From Octopus bimaculoides (taxonomy: Eukaryota): DNA of 63,917 nucleotides. This document shows, piece by piece, positions 27,886 through 41,440 of this stretch (positions within the stretch are counted from its first letter, which is position 1; the number at the start of each line of letters is the position of its first letter). Where the stretch lies: contig NC_068983.1 of NCBI RefSeq assembly GCF_001194135.2, forward strand, positions 111,081,321 through 111,145,237, given 5' to 3'. The position numbers and the translations under genes are program-made. The notes under the pieces are model-generated. The model saw only the letters and a list, made by a program, of their open reading frames with translations. It ran no database searches and was not told the DNA's origin.

Positions 27886-28969
27886 CAGATATGTTTACAC
27901 TTCTTATCGACTAAAAAGACATATCCTTCCGGAAATTAGAAAGTAAAAATCCATTTATGGAAGATGAAATAGATTGTGAGATATTGGAGGAAAATGATTA
28001 TTTTTAGCTCCTTGTTTCAGGCAACTAATGAAGAATATTTTTCCTGATCGTGTGTAAACCAATATATGCATTATTCAACGTCATTTTATCTTTTAATATA
28101 ATTTAAGGAGTCATTTGTATTCCATATTAAAATGTTGTTACACAATTAAACTAAAATTTATATACGATTGCCCACTTAATCTTTAATGATATGCTTACGA
28201 TATTCGTGTACAGATGCAATTATAATCCTTAATAAAATTGTTAATAAGAAAGAGCTAATATAACAGCTCAAGTTGATGTATGTGTGGAGAAAGCTGTCAG
28301 TATTCTAATAGAAATCTTATACACTTAGGTCATGTTTAAGCACCGACGTCGTACTAAATGTGTTATTCAATCTACATTTACCAGTTGAATAATAGTGAAC
28401 TTAATATCCCAACTAGTTAATATCAGTCCGTGTCTATAAGCTAAATGTGAATCACTGAAAGCATTTCCCTTCACTTGCACCATAAATATACATGAAGACC
28501 TGACTTTATTACAAATATACAGACTACATTACAAATGCTGCTGATATACTTGTGAAACATTTATTGTCTGAAGGAATTATCTCATTTACCTCCAGCTTAA
28601 ACGTCTTGTCTCAATACTGTTAATTCCTTAGAATGTAGAAGCGGACAGAAGTCAACATTATTGGAACGCCGACGGTACTCGTCTAATAAAATACAACTAA
28701 AATATCACCGCATAGACCTATCGACTCTACCCTTATGCACATCTTAAGCAATCCTAGAAATTCTCATTATTAACTAACACACGGATAACACGGATTAAAA
28801 CCATGAAATACTTATAAATCTAAAAAATAGAATACGCGATTACTTCAACAAATCAGATGTCACGTCTTTAAAAGACGCAAAACTTTCGAAATGTTGTGAA
28901 CCTGCAATTTCTCCAGTTATTTTAAACTTATATCTTATTGCATTTTTACACAAAATAAACAATCTCATT

Positions 28970-29220
28970 TCTGTAAGACATTCTCATTACCCGACGTTTC
29001 AAGCGACAACTGCACGACAATTGCAACTCTACATCAATCACATACAAACTACAAATGAATAACTATGCACTTTAAGGAGCACCTACTCAATTGGGTATCA
29101 CTCTGATAAACAACACAAGGAACATCAAAAGCATCCAACCTTCACTCAACAACATAAGCATGGCACTCTAACAGAAAAGAAAAGTACTAGAAATTGCATA
29201 TAACCGATCTTCCATATTCA
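28970..29220 (+). mobile_element. Possible highly decayed PLE remnant
   Basis: Scattered motifs HFKEH and RKVLEIAY (GIY-YIG-like), plus ccgacgtttc, the reverse complement of a GAAACGTC hammerhead tail. Many stops. Confidence 0.3.
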
Positions 29221-31833
29221 CAACACAGAAAGAAGTCATAATATAAAAAGTAAACAGGGATATAAACACATGTAGAGGAGTTACAGTAACCTAAGATTTT
29301 TTACTTAAATAAACTCCAGATGTAAACCAGATACAAACAGGAAATATCTGCACGCAAAAGTAACTTCCATAACCGTATTTTCGTCATACACTGCTTAAAG
29401 AAGCACATCATCAGTAATATGGGCAACGGAACAAAAAATGTTCCATTATGACTATGTTCACCTAAACCCCTTCCCCTTAAGCTAAATTCCAAATCTACGT
29501 ATGTAAAGAAACAGACAAGATATTGGAGAGAGTATAACATGCTCTGCCTATTGCATTACACTCCATTCGATTCATCACTTCGTGCGCATTGCGTTCTACA
29601 GTAAGGTACACTATGGTATATATGGATTGGTAAATGTTTAGTGGAATCATTAAAACGTTGGACAGATTGCTTTGTGGTAATCGTTCTGGTTTTCCAACCA
29701 TTAAGTTCAAATCTTGCTTAGGTAAATTTTGGCCTTCATTCTTTCGCGATCAACAACTAAAATCCAATAAATGTACTAGGGCCGTTTCTTCTTTTTCGTT
29801 GCATTTGATTTTTCTGTCTTTTGGAAGAAGTCGATTGTGGTCAGACTTAGAGTGTGATGGTCTCTACGAGGTCTAATAATAACAAATACATGACATATAT
29901 CAAAACGGCATAACTACGCCTCTATCAAGGAGTTGAGAGGCCAATGTAAAGCAGGTTTATATGGAACAACAGATGAGATGGGCTCGCAATTAATAGTTCT
30001 CTGTATTATAGACCTGCTCAACTTGAGCTGAATCTATATAACAATGACAGGCAAGAAAAACGAATACAATCTTAGTCGAAATGCTTTAGAAATGCTTTTT
30101 AAATATCAGTTAAATGAAAGCAAGAATAGAAGTTCAAGTTTAGACTAGATCATCAAAACTTTTGGTTTTGTTATTATCTTGAGTAAAATTGTCCACTACA
30201 TTCAGGTTGAACTTGTTAAAGAACAGTAAAAGATTGAACAACCATAATGTTGAGCACCATTATTGTACATACTGAATGTATTCACTGTAAAATTTATGTT
30301 GAACATCATCATTCAATGGATTCCAATAACCGGTTGCATATCTTATGAATAAATATATGGAGACGTATCCATATTTATTTGGTCTCAGTTTGAAATTAAG
30401 TCCACCAAGTCTATTTAGCAGATTGAAATATCAATTGAACAGGCCAGAGGCTGTTCCATAATTATTTCAGTATTTATCAGTATTGGCACAACTTCTTTCT
30501 CCCAAACTGCCGATAATAGTTGTGGGTGACAACTTACTAAAATCTACACAGGACATGAAATTGATATAGCTTATTTACATAGTCGAACAAAAATTTGATA
30601 GCCAGGCAAAATTTTCGAGGGTGCCAACACAGTGTCAATTATGTATAAATAAATCTAGGGATTTATAACCATATGTTGTGCTCTATTGCATTACAGTACT
30701 GTATCCAACACGCTTGTAATCTTCATTCCAATAATAATAATGATTGTTGAAGTAAAATTGAATGCTATATCAGTTTGATCAGCTGCGAAGAATCTCAAAC
30801 ACGAATTTCGGTTCTCGTTGTGGAATCACTAGAGTGTTAATCTGACGTAATTCAAAAATACTTCATATCCAAGAACGTATTAGATTGAGAGTAAAATGTC
30901 AAACATACACTGCTTATGTTATCTTCTATAGCAGTTATGGCGATTTCTCCCTGTAATCTAATGTTAATCTGGATATACAAGATATGAAAATATGAGTTGT
31001 CTCGCCGTTGGCTTTTCATGTCTTTATATAACAATTTCAACTTTGCAGAAAATCATCGAGACACCTATTTTGTATGGTGTTATAATTCCTTGCACATCAA
31101 TAAACTCTTGTAAGAACGTCAAATCGATGCAAGGACATGATTGATACTTTATTGTATCGGCCTAACAGAAGAACGGCAAAGCAGGCCCCACTCAATTGAA
31201 ACTTAGAAGGTATAAACATCGTACAGGCATGGCGCATATTTGAATTATATAAAATTAGGTGTTTCATATCTGTGAGTAAAGTGCGTTGAGTATGTTCGTA
31301 GCGCTGCCCAGTTAACTGTCGGAAAGCCTTGGGATCTTGAATCATAAGTCGTACCAGAACGTTTAAGCGGCTATAGCTTACAGGATGTATGATGGCAAAT
31401 TCATTTCTTAAGGACTTATAACTCAAATAAATCAAAATCTCCATGCTTGATCCCCTGTCGTACCATGTAAACACGATAATGTGGTCATAAAAGGGAAGAG
31501 AAAATACGAAAGGTTGTTAATTTATCGTGATTCCTAGTAACCGAGCGTGCGATATAAGCCAAGATAGTAAACTGCCAGGACAATTTTCCGTAACGCAAAC
31601 AACACGAGTCACATGAAGATTATAGGATCTGGTTGTTAATTTTTTTCCTTTTTTTTTGTCTTGGCACCCACATAAATGAACACGACTAAAGTTTCTTTTC
31701 AGATTTAATTAGTAAAACATCTCTATTTATTGTTATCACCAGCTAAAAGAAAAAAAAACAGAAATTACATAACATTAATAAGACAGGTTGTAATTAATGA
31801 GGTGGTGTCAGATGTAACAATTTTCCCCGAGTG

Positions 31834-32751
31834 CGGGGTACCTTGTGACACTTACTGGTGTACTTTGTTACAACTGTCAATATCTCGGAATTATGTTCAC
31901 AAACAATTTTAAGATGAACGTCTCCTGCTTATTGCATCTAGGAAGTATTATTTTAATTAATTAATTGTGCTTTAAACCTACTCATATCCTAACTGTGATA
32001 CCGAGAGTCCTCATCAGCCAATTCCCTCATTGTTACATGTGCCATCTAGTCGGAGTCGTCCTGGTACAGTTAGTGTGTGCCCAGTCTTCAGAGATCATGC
32101 ATTGCATACATTCTTCACCTGGAAGGGAGTCAGAATACCAATCTGAGCAGACAAGGCATTTCCAATCGGCGACTTGCTTGCTGCGAGGCTGCTTCCATGA
32201 TTTCGGTTCGTTTATTTCATCCACTATGCGCTGTTTTACGGCAACATCCCGTAATGATTTCTTTTCATCCACAACTTTCTGGCGGCTCTTTCCATGACAT
32301 CAGGAGAGATATTCCTCCTTGTAGTCTTCCTTTTGTAATTTCAAGACATGGCGTGTTAAACTGAAATAGAAGGGCTAAGTTGTTAATAACAACTTGTTAC
32401 ATCTCCGGAGTAAGTTGATACACTGTAACAATTAGGCCCGACCATGGATTTCTGGGGATTACCTCGTACACAGCACTAGCAATGCATGGCATCCAGGACA
32501 CTCCTTCACGTATCGAAGGCAACATCCAATACTTCCTAATGAACCACAAACTACTTCAGTAACACCACTTGTGATTTAGTAGTTAAGGAAATAACTTTGT
32601 GGCAAAATTTTACTTTTCGATCCATAACTTTTCTGGTGACAGCCCGCCAGTGCAATACACATGTGCTATAGAGTTGGCCTTTACCAGGTAGAGATCCGAG
32701 TGCCACCTATTTCTTGAAGCTGGAAACAACGGGCTTGTAACAACTTACCCG
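31834..32751 (-). mobile_element. Internally deleted pogo-family DNA transposon (psq-HTH N-terminus joined to PHD-finger C-terminus)
   Basis: From ATG at 32349: MS*NYKRKTTRRNISPDVMERAAR, frameshift, VVDEKKSLRDVA (pogo N-terminus), running into DWKCLVCSDWYSDSLPGEECMQCMISEDWAHTNC (PHD-like). TIR-like ends cggggtaccttgtgaca (31834) and tgtaacaacttacccg (32736-32751). Confidence 0.75.
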
Positions 32752-34214
32752 TGTAACAACTAGAACGTTTGCCCTAAGCAAAATATTGCATGTTTTTGAA
32801 TAAAGATATATTTCTCTCAGTATTTTCTTAATGAAATGCATGAGTAGCTGTCTTTAGGGATTATTTTCTGAATTAGAGTATTTTTTCCAACTGTTAAAAA
32901 TAGTAACAGAAATTATATATCTATATATAAAGGTATGAGGCCAACAAACACACTTTCCCGCACACACAAATGCACACGCACGCACACTTATATATTTACA
33001 TATACATATATACATACACACACACATGCAGGTACGCACGCACATACAATCTCTCTCACACACACATATATACATACATACATACATAAATACACGCACA
33101 CACAATCTCTCTCACACATACATACATACATACATACATACATACATACATACACAGGCACACAGAGATTGACACGAATAGCTCAAATATTTGTGATTGA
33201 CGTATACAAGAATTTTGAGGAAAACACTCACGGAAAATAATAAAGACACTGAAAACGGAAGTGGTTTTGAATGTTATTACCATTCATGTAGTGTCTCAAA
33301 AGACGTAATATCAGTTTCCTTCTACCGATATGCATCACGTTGTGTGGAGTTGCTTTGATTACTTTTTGCAATCGCTTCAATACAAGCGCGCTTATACATA
33401 CACACATTCACTTAAATGCTCACAGAATCACCGAAACGCCAACCGTAATTCAGACACACATACATACACACACATGCACTCATACACAAGCATACAGGGA
33501 CATATTTATGGTGTGAGAAACAGCAAGAAAGAGAGACGAAAAAACAAACTCTGTGTGTGTAAGTATATAATGACTATTGACATTCTTTGCCGCTACAATA
33601 CTGTTAGACCGTAAAACCAGGATTGATTACTTCAATCCACCAATGTCTTTGGATTTAGATTCATATCTCTCTCAAGTCAATACTGTTGGTGGCACATTAA
33701 TGAATATTTCTCATCACCAGTGATCAAACAATCGGCTTAGTGTGAAATAGTTATTCGGTATGCTTGCTTACACACATAAACACACATACACAAAGAAGAC
33801 ACTCACACAAAAACACACAAACATAGACACAAACATAACAAAACGTAGACACACATAAACCGCCACACATGTATATGTGCGTGTGTATTGTTGTAGTTGG
33901 TTTTACATGAATGTATGTGGATACAATTACGGCTGAGCGGAAAGGGATTTAACTGAGCAATTTTAAGGTGTTGGTTTAGACCGACAATATAACATACTTG
34001 ACGAGTGATTTTTTTCTACAACACCGAATCAGTTGAAGTCTTGTAAGGGCAGCTGCATGAGTGGAAACTGTACGTATGCCAGTCAGATTAATTATGACTG
34101 TAGCTTTAAGTTACTACCATGACAAAGGCTGTGTCTTGCTGGTTCTATTTAAAGATTACATTCATAATACATGTAGCTGTTCATTAATTGCATGCAGTAG
34201 AATGTGATGTCTTC

Positions 34215-34412
34215 TATTATAAGGACAAGGCCTGAAATTTTTGGGGAGGGACTAAATGATTATATCATCCCCAATATGCAACTGGTACTTATTTTATTGA
34301 CCCCGAAAGGATGGAAGGCAAAGTCGACCACAGAGAAATTTGAACTCAGAATAGATGAAATGCCGCTAAGCATTTTGCCCGGCGTGCTAACGATTCTGTC
34401 AGCTCACCACCT
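34215..34412 (-). mobile_element. SINE family B (Deu/Nin-domain-like), full length
   Basis: Minus strand: head aggtggtgagctgacagaatcgttagc...gagttcaaatt (B box), then gtcgactttgccttccatcctttcggggtcaataaaataagtaccagtt. Confidence 0.85.
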
Positions 34413-35264
34413 CAGACAGTATAATATAATGAGTAAGTAACTCCTCGTCTAAACCGCTGAAGTATATGTTTTCTTCACACACACACACACACACACATAC
34501 ATATGTATATAAATCGCCCCCACGCACACATACTCCACACACACATACTCCACATACACATACTCCACACACACAAAGTCACATGTGTGAATATGTGCAC
34601 ACACGCACAAAAATACACATGCGCAAACATGCGCATACACACACAGGCACACACATACATATAACCATCTGTGTATCATACTAAATATATATCAATTGCT
34701 CAAAGGCATAATGTTGTGTTTTTGTCTGATAGAATTTCTCCTCTTACATGTTGCGATCACGAGAATGACAAACATGATCCCCACTTCCTGGGGTTTGACA
34801 ATTCAGTGAACCTTACACGAATTTCGTGCGTCACTATATTCATTGATAATGCAGAAAACTCGCGGAGCTGTAAAAAAACACAGCGTACGCAATTGAAAGA
34901 ACATTAAATTAAGTTCGCTCTTTCTGTGTCATAGTAAACGCATGTAAATCGTTGAAAGGCATGGGTCTGTGTTATTTTCTGAGATAAAAGCCTCTTCATT
35001 TACTTGTGTGAAAATCAAAATACATATCGTCCTGGGTATTGTTGGGTTTGTGAGTCTCTACCCTGATATATTTTGTGTTAGTAACAAAAATTTCTAGGAA
35101 GCAGTTTTCTGTCAGACACTATACATATGTGTGTGTAATATTATTATTTAATACAATTCAGTTTCTTGCTACTTCAAGTGTTGCGGGCCCCTAAGGAGAG
35201 CCCGAAACATTCAAGCTTTTGGATTGCCAAATGGAGAGACACAGCAAGTCCAAGATGGCTACTG

Positions 35265-35481
35265 AAAGATTACATTCATAATACATGTAGCTGTTCATTA
35301 ATTGCATGCAATAGAATGTGATGTCTTGTATTATAAGGACAAGGCCTGAAATTTTGGGGGAGGGACTAGATGATTATATCATCCCCAATATGCAACTGGT
35401 ACTTATTTTATTGACCCCGAAAGGATGATTGGCAAAGTCGACCACAGAGGAATTTGAACTCAGAATAGATGAAATGCCGCT
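35265..35481 (+). repeat. Second copy of a 217-bp direct duplication (first copy 34151-34367): ~60 bp flank plus SINE B 3' part
   Basis: About 8 differences in 217 bp by manual alignment. Confidence 0.9.
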
Positions 35482-35693
35482 GTTACATGGTTTTGTAAAG
35501 AATATTATCAACTCCTTAGCAACAACAGTTCCATCAAAAGAGGGAATTTCTTTGGCCGCGTGATTGGATAGGAAACTGGCGGTGTCGATGTGTCTTGATA
35601 TGAGTGTATGTATGAATATGTATGTGTCTGTGTGTATGTGTGTGTGTATTTGTGTGTATACTCGCGTATACACACACACACACACACATACAC

Positions 35694-35742
<49 letters not shown>

Positions 35743-35951
35743 AACACATATGCATATGCGAGGTGTTCGAATGCGTGAATGTGAGTATGTTACTGGTTGT
35801 ATAAGTGTCTTTCTGTGCATATATTTGTATTTGCGTGTGTGTGTTGGTTGCTGGTATATTGGTATGTCATTAGCTATTTGTGAGTGCATGTGTGTTAGTA
35901 CCCTCCAATGTAAATATTCATACATACATATACAGGAAAATATATTCTAAC

Positions 35952-36250
35952 TGATTGATACAGAAGACAGATTGTATTGGAAACTTTATTTATCGCAACG
36001 ATCGTTTTTGCATGCTTCTGTGCTGCTTCCTCATGGCAGGGGAACGATATAATGGAATCCAATGCCCCACCCTACCACAGTGCAGAAGAAGCCCTATCAG
36101 GAAACATAAGTGGCTTTTATATTATAAAGTTTACATTTCTCTCATAGGTGTAGCTGGATGATGTTGTTATTATTGGTGTGTTGGTAGCATGCCGAAACGA
36201 TCGTTGTGATAAATAAAGTTTCCAAGACACTCTTTCTTCCGTGTCAGTCA
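35952..36250. repeat. 65-bp inverted repeat pair (35952-36016 / 36186-36250), PLE-terminus-like
   Basis: 56/65 identity. The arms contain GAAACGATCGTT, a hammerhead-like GAAA plus palindromic stem III. Confidence 0.8.
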
Positions 36251-36489
36251 TTTAGAATGTACTTAACATGTACCGAGGAATTCCTAACGTAGATACAACG
36301 ACCAAACTTCATTTACCGCGGATGAAGTCTGGTAGCCGTAAGTGGTGAACGTGCTCTGACAGCACGCTACTAAGGACCTACCCAAAATAAGGTTTCGATG
36401 ATAAATTGAAAACATTCATATCTAAACTTTAATTTTAATTACAACTTACATAGAAATAGAAATATGCATGCATGTATGCATGTGTATGT

Positions 36490-36490
36490 A

Positions 36491-36529
<39 letters not shown>

Positions 36530-36611
36530 ATATCTATCTATCTATCAATCTATCTATCTATCTATCAATCTATCTATCTATCTATCTATCTATATATATA
36601 TATATATATAT
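36490..36611. repeat. (TATC)n-(TA)n microsatellite abutting a gap
   Basis: Read directly from the sequence. Confidence 0.95.
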
Positions 36612-37238
36612 NNNNNNNNNNNNNNNNNNNNNNNNNNNNNNNNNNNNNNNNNNNNNNNNNNNNNNNNNNNNNNNNNNNNNNNNNNNNNNNNNNNNNNNNN
36701 NNNNNNNNNNNNNNNNNNNNNNNNNNNNNNNNNNNNNNNNNNNNNNNNNNNNNNNNNNNNNNNNNNNNNNNNNNNNNNNNNNNNNNNNNNNNNNNNNNNN
36801 NNNNNNNNNNNNNNNNNNNNNNNNNNNNNNNNNNNNNNNNNNNNNNNNNNNNNNNNNNNNNNNNNNNNNNNNNNNNNNNNNNNNNNNNNNNNNNNNNNNN
36901 NNNNNNNNNNNNNNNNNNNNNNNNNNNNNNNNNNNNNNNNNNNNNNNNNNNNNNNNNNNNNNNNNNNNNNNNNNNNNNNNNNNNNNNNNNNNNNNNNNNN
37001 NNNNNNNNNNNNNNNNNNNNNNNNNNNNNNNNNNNNNNNNNNNNNNNNNNNNNNNNNNNNNNNNNNNNNNNNNNNNNNNNNNNNNNNNNNNNNNNNNNNN
37101 NNNNNNNNNNNNNNNNNNNNNNNNNNNNNNNNNNNNNNNNNNNNNNNNNNNNNNNNNNNNNNNNNNNNNNNNNNNNNNNNNNNNNNNNNNNNNNNNNNNN
37201 NNNNNNNNNNNNNNNNNNNNNNNNNNNNNNNNNNNNNN

Positions 37239-37271
<33 letters not shown>

Positions 37272-38180
37272 ATATACACGTGTGTGTGGGCGTGTATATG
37301 TGTGTATCGTATATGTATACATTTATGTATAAGTATATGTGCATGTTTGTGTGCATGTTTGGTAAAGTTAGGTGCGAATGAATATGTCTTTTAAATTCAT
37401 AATAATGTAAATATATTGTTTCTATGCTTTCGATGAACAGTCAAAGTATTAATACATAAGAGAGGAGAGATATGTGGTGCATAGTTTCTTATTTTATTTA
37501 GCTGTTCCTTATAGGAGACATACAAGATTGCCTTTCCTAATTGATACAATATACTATTCAGCTGCTTCATAAAATAATCAGAAATTTAACAACAAGTCAA
37601 CAGCCTATTTTCACAGATTCAATACCAAATCTCTTGTAACTGCATGGGATTGTTGTTTATATTGGAATTTGCCACAGGGTTTTACCACGTTTAAAATTAT
37701 GGATACAATTAAGTCGTGGTGTGTTAGTTGTAATGCATGGATGGACATTGCACGCATGCATAATATTGATTTATAATATAAAAACATAAATATTTTTCCA
37801 AAACGTTATTGACCAGTAAACGTGCTTATCTTTGATACACGCAAATATATATGCTGTGTGTAAGAATTTGAGAATTTGTGAGATATTGTATGCATGTGCG
37901 TGTAATATTTGTGTTTTTGATGCGTACACCTTACTTATAATCATATACGCAAACATTCATGCATATAATGTATAGCACAGATGTAACGTCTTACTTTCCG
38001 AAAGGTCTTGTTTATTACAAAGATGTACAATCTCCTTCCGTATAAATTAAATCCTTTGAAAAGTTTATGCAATTACATATTCGCAGTTTACTTTCCGTGT
38101 CTGTAAGGCTTGTTCATTACAGTAAAGTTACGTGCAGCTCTGTAGTTGATGAGTAGAACAGTAGTAAAACCGTACGTGCA

Positions 38181-38253
38181 ATGGCGAAATTTGTCTTCAG
38201 CACTGATAATGGTCATTCTATTGTTATGTTGCAGTTGATATCTTCGAATTCAG
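38181..38253 (+). CDS. Candidate initial exon MAKFVFSTDNGHSIVMLQLISSNS(G), or 19-nt microexon 38235-38253
   Basis: gcaATGG context, donor CAG|gtgagc, internal acceptor atgttgcag|. No homology recognised. Confidence 0.2.
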
Positions 38254-38400
38254 GTGAGCAGGAGGAAATGTTACATATATAGTGGCCTTTCTACTTCATT
38301 ACCATAACCAAACCCAGTGTACTTGAATTACGTTGTGCCCGTGTGTTGTGTGCCTATGTGTGTTTTTGGGTGTGCTTGCTTACATGTTGAGACTCTAAGT

Positions 38401-38787
38401 GGAGGCGCAATGGCACAGTGGTTAGGGCAGTGGACTCGCGGTCGTAGGATCGTGGTTTCGATTCCCATACCGGGCGTTGTGAGTGTTTATCGAGCGAAAA
38501 CACCTAAATTCCACGAGCCCCAGCAGGGGATGGTGGTGAACCCTGCTGTACTATTTAACCACAACTTTCTCTAACTCTTGTTTCCTGTTTCTGTTGTACC
38601 TGTATTTCAAAGGGCCAACCTTGTCACACTCTGCGTCATGCTGAATCTCCATGAGAACTACGTTAAGGGAACACGTGTCTGTAGATTGCTCAGCCACTTG
38701 CACATTAATTTCACGAGCAGGCTGTTCCATTGATCGGATCAACTGGAACCTTCGTCGTCGTAACCGACGGAGTGCCATCATTCAACA
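38401..38787 (+). mobile_element. tRNA-derived SINE family C, full length
   Basis: Head TGGCACAGTGG (A box) and GGTTTCGATTCC (B box). The 3' half (...gatcggatcaactggaaccttcgtcgtcgtaaccgacggagtgcca) is shared with 60404-60706. Confidence 0.9.
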
Positions 38788-40611
38788 GAAGAATCGAAAG
38801 GGTATGAGACATACTATGCAAAAAGCAATAATGATTGCAATCTTTTTAGATTGAAGGCGTAGTTACCACACAAATAAAAACACACGCAAAGATAAGAACA
38901 TATTTTAATTGACTCTTCATATTCTTTTCCCAATTTTGTGTGAAGCAGTATTACCACATTCAAATCCAAAGGGAACCGAATAATTTTCGTATGTTCTATT
39001 CGTAGACTATCACGCACCGATTCTTGAGTTCATATTCGCTTTTGCTCTTTCGTTGTTCCTGTGAATATACATAATTCTACATATTTCTGTTCATTTAACT
39101 TTCTTGATCACGGAATAAAATTTTCAATAAAACTTACTTATGGCAAATTGATGTCATTCATGATGCTGTTTGGGAACTATCTCATCTATTAAATGTAGAT
39201 CCAATTCACATTGCAATAAGAAACATACATATTGTACGTACAGGCATAGCATCTCATGTGCGAGCTCGGATGTGTACACAAAGCTACACATATATTGCCA
39301 CATTACTCTATGTATTAAGACTACCGACACATCAAACTCGTACACAAACATGCCTGCATATTTGTATATATAACCAGATATTGCTCGAAAATTGACATCA
39401 AGAACGCCATTCATAACTTACTAATGCATCTTATTAGCTAGTAGTGCTTGTTGTAGCAATTCTTTCATCAAGCCGAAACAATCTGGCAACAAGTTTAGTT
39501 TAATCATTCGCTGAACTTTGCCACCTGACATTCATAATTGTAATGACTGTTTGACAAGATTCTCTTAAATCTCATACTTAGAAACAACAGTGTATTTCAA
39601 GTTTACAAAGGAACTTTCTGCTGCATGTAACTTATAGACAGTATCTTGGTGTAGAAGTTGATGGGATTGTATATTATTAATAACACCACATTGGAGGCAA
39701 TTAAAACTTTCAAATCACTGTCACTGCTCTTCCTTTCTTTTTATCATATTTATGTGGGTAAAAATAGTATGGAAGCTGCACTACCAACTCAGAAATTAGT
39801 CTATGATTACTTTTGCAATATAATGTTCTAATGTAGTTTTCCAGTCTTATGCGAAATGTACTTGTTTCTAATATAAGCAAAATACAATAAAATTTGAAGG
39901 AGAAGATATTTGACTCCACTATGCTTTTTTATTTGACTCTACTATGCTTTTTTCATCACCCTTCAAGAATAGATGGCAAATTCTATCTCAAATCTAACAG
40001 ACATTTGTATGACTAAATTATGGTTTGAATATACCACCCACTAAGTCTCTTGTTTATCATATGAATAATTATAATTTGCTACCTCACAACCATGGCAAAT
40101 ATTCATTATCCCCAATGAAGTAATATGACATGGATGAAGCTCAAAACAAATAAAGAAAATGTTGAAGACTGCCCAAGCAATTCATTAGCGTTTTAGTATA
40201 TGTTTTGTTTTCTGCATAATGAAAGTAATGTGTGGGAAATGCTTGTACTTACAGCAGAGTAGCAACCACGCGTACATGTACACCAGACTGGTGTAAAAGG
40301 TACATGTTATACCATTCATATGAATACGAGATAGATTCAGTCATCAGTAGAGAGTGTAACGAATAAAGTGAATTATAACTGAAATATTTGAGTAAAGGTT
40401 AAACGGTAAATGCATGCTTTACATTTCACGCACAAAATGTACAAAAGTAAAGAGTGCAACATTTCACATCACAAGAAATAAATATACTAGTTCTTGATGA
40501 AAATGATAACAGTATAAATAGAGGATGGGATATTACTACTCAGACCCGCAAAAAAAAGCAGAAAAAAAAGTAAACATGAAAGAAATGGATTTTTATATTA
40601 CATGGACTTCT

Positions 40612-40819
40612 AAGGCAGAATCGTTAGCACACCGTACAAAATGCTTAGCGGTATTTCGTCCGATTTTACGGTGTTAGTTCAAATTCCGCCTAGGTTGACT
40701 TTGCCTTTCCTACCTTTGGGGTCGATTAAATAAGTACCAGTTGAACACAGGTGTCGATGTGATCAACTTCTCCCTAACTCGAAATTTCGTGTCTTGTTCC
40801 TGTAGTAGAAAAGATATTA
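40612..40819 (+). mobile_element. SINE family B (Deu/Nin-domain-like)
   Basis: Homologous to the reverse complement of 34215-34412. Confidence 0.85.
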
Positions 40820-41376
40820 CATGAACCTCTTATTCTACACTAACTTATTCTACACTAAATCAAGTTTCGTTAATACAAGCTGGCAATATAGTTATAGAAA
40901 GGAAAAATAATCCTACATGAAAATTTGATGAAACGGATTACAAGAAACATTCAAGGAATAGGACTTTCTAAAGAAATTAATCATGAATATGGAAGTAGTC
41001 TGAAAGGCAGAAATAATTCTTAAAAAATGAAGTTCTTAAATCTGCCATTGGCACCGACCATAAAACTTAGCAATAAATAGAAACAGTAAAGGAAACATAC
41101 CTGGAACATTGGAACAAATAAAATCAGACGCTTATGTTATTATCTCCAGTTTATACTAAATTATATAAGTCAACGAAAAGATTATTACACAGTCACACAA
41201 TCTGCAAGAAATTGATGCCAAATATTTGTCAAATACTATCTTGTATTTGATAAACGATTACATTTTTGAGGACAAAGTAATTTCGAATATAATCACAGAA
41301 AACATAACACATGGTCAATATCTGAATGAGCATTGAACCAAAGTTTTCGGTTACTTCAAATCATTTTCTCCAAAAG

Positions 41377-41440
41377 GCACCGGTACGACCAGGAACGGCA
41401 GAAACAACGAATCTGTATAAAGTGAACTATAAAACTCCTG
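41377..41440 (+). CDS. Candidate exon APVRPGTAETTNLYKVNYKTP
   Basis: Acceptor ttttctccaaaag|, strong donor CTG|gtaagt, single open frame. No homology recognised. Confidence 0.2.

Noticed and set aside
31097-31474. 125-aa minus-strand ORF without repeats
   Set aside because: No recognisable domain. Roughly one ORF of this length is expected by chance in a window of this size and composition.
35170-35215. GGGC..GCCC-GAAAC hairpin resembling hammerhead stem II
   Set aside because: No CUGANGA core upstream.
38401-38475. Possible tRNA gene
   Set aside because: No proper acceptor stem, and it continues into a SINE body, so it is a SINE head.
39908-39953. 23-bp tandem duplication
   Set aside because: Ordinary slippage-type duplication.
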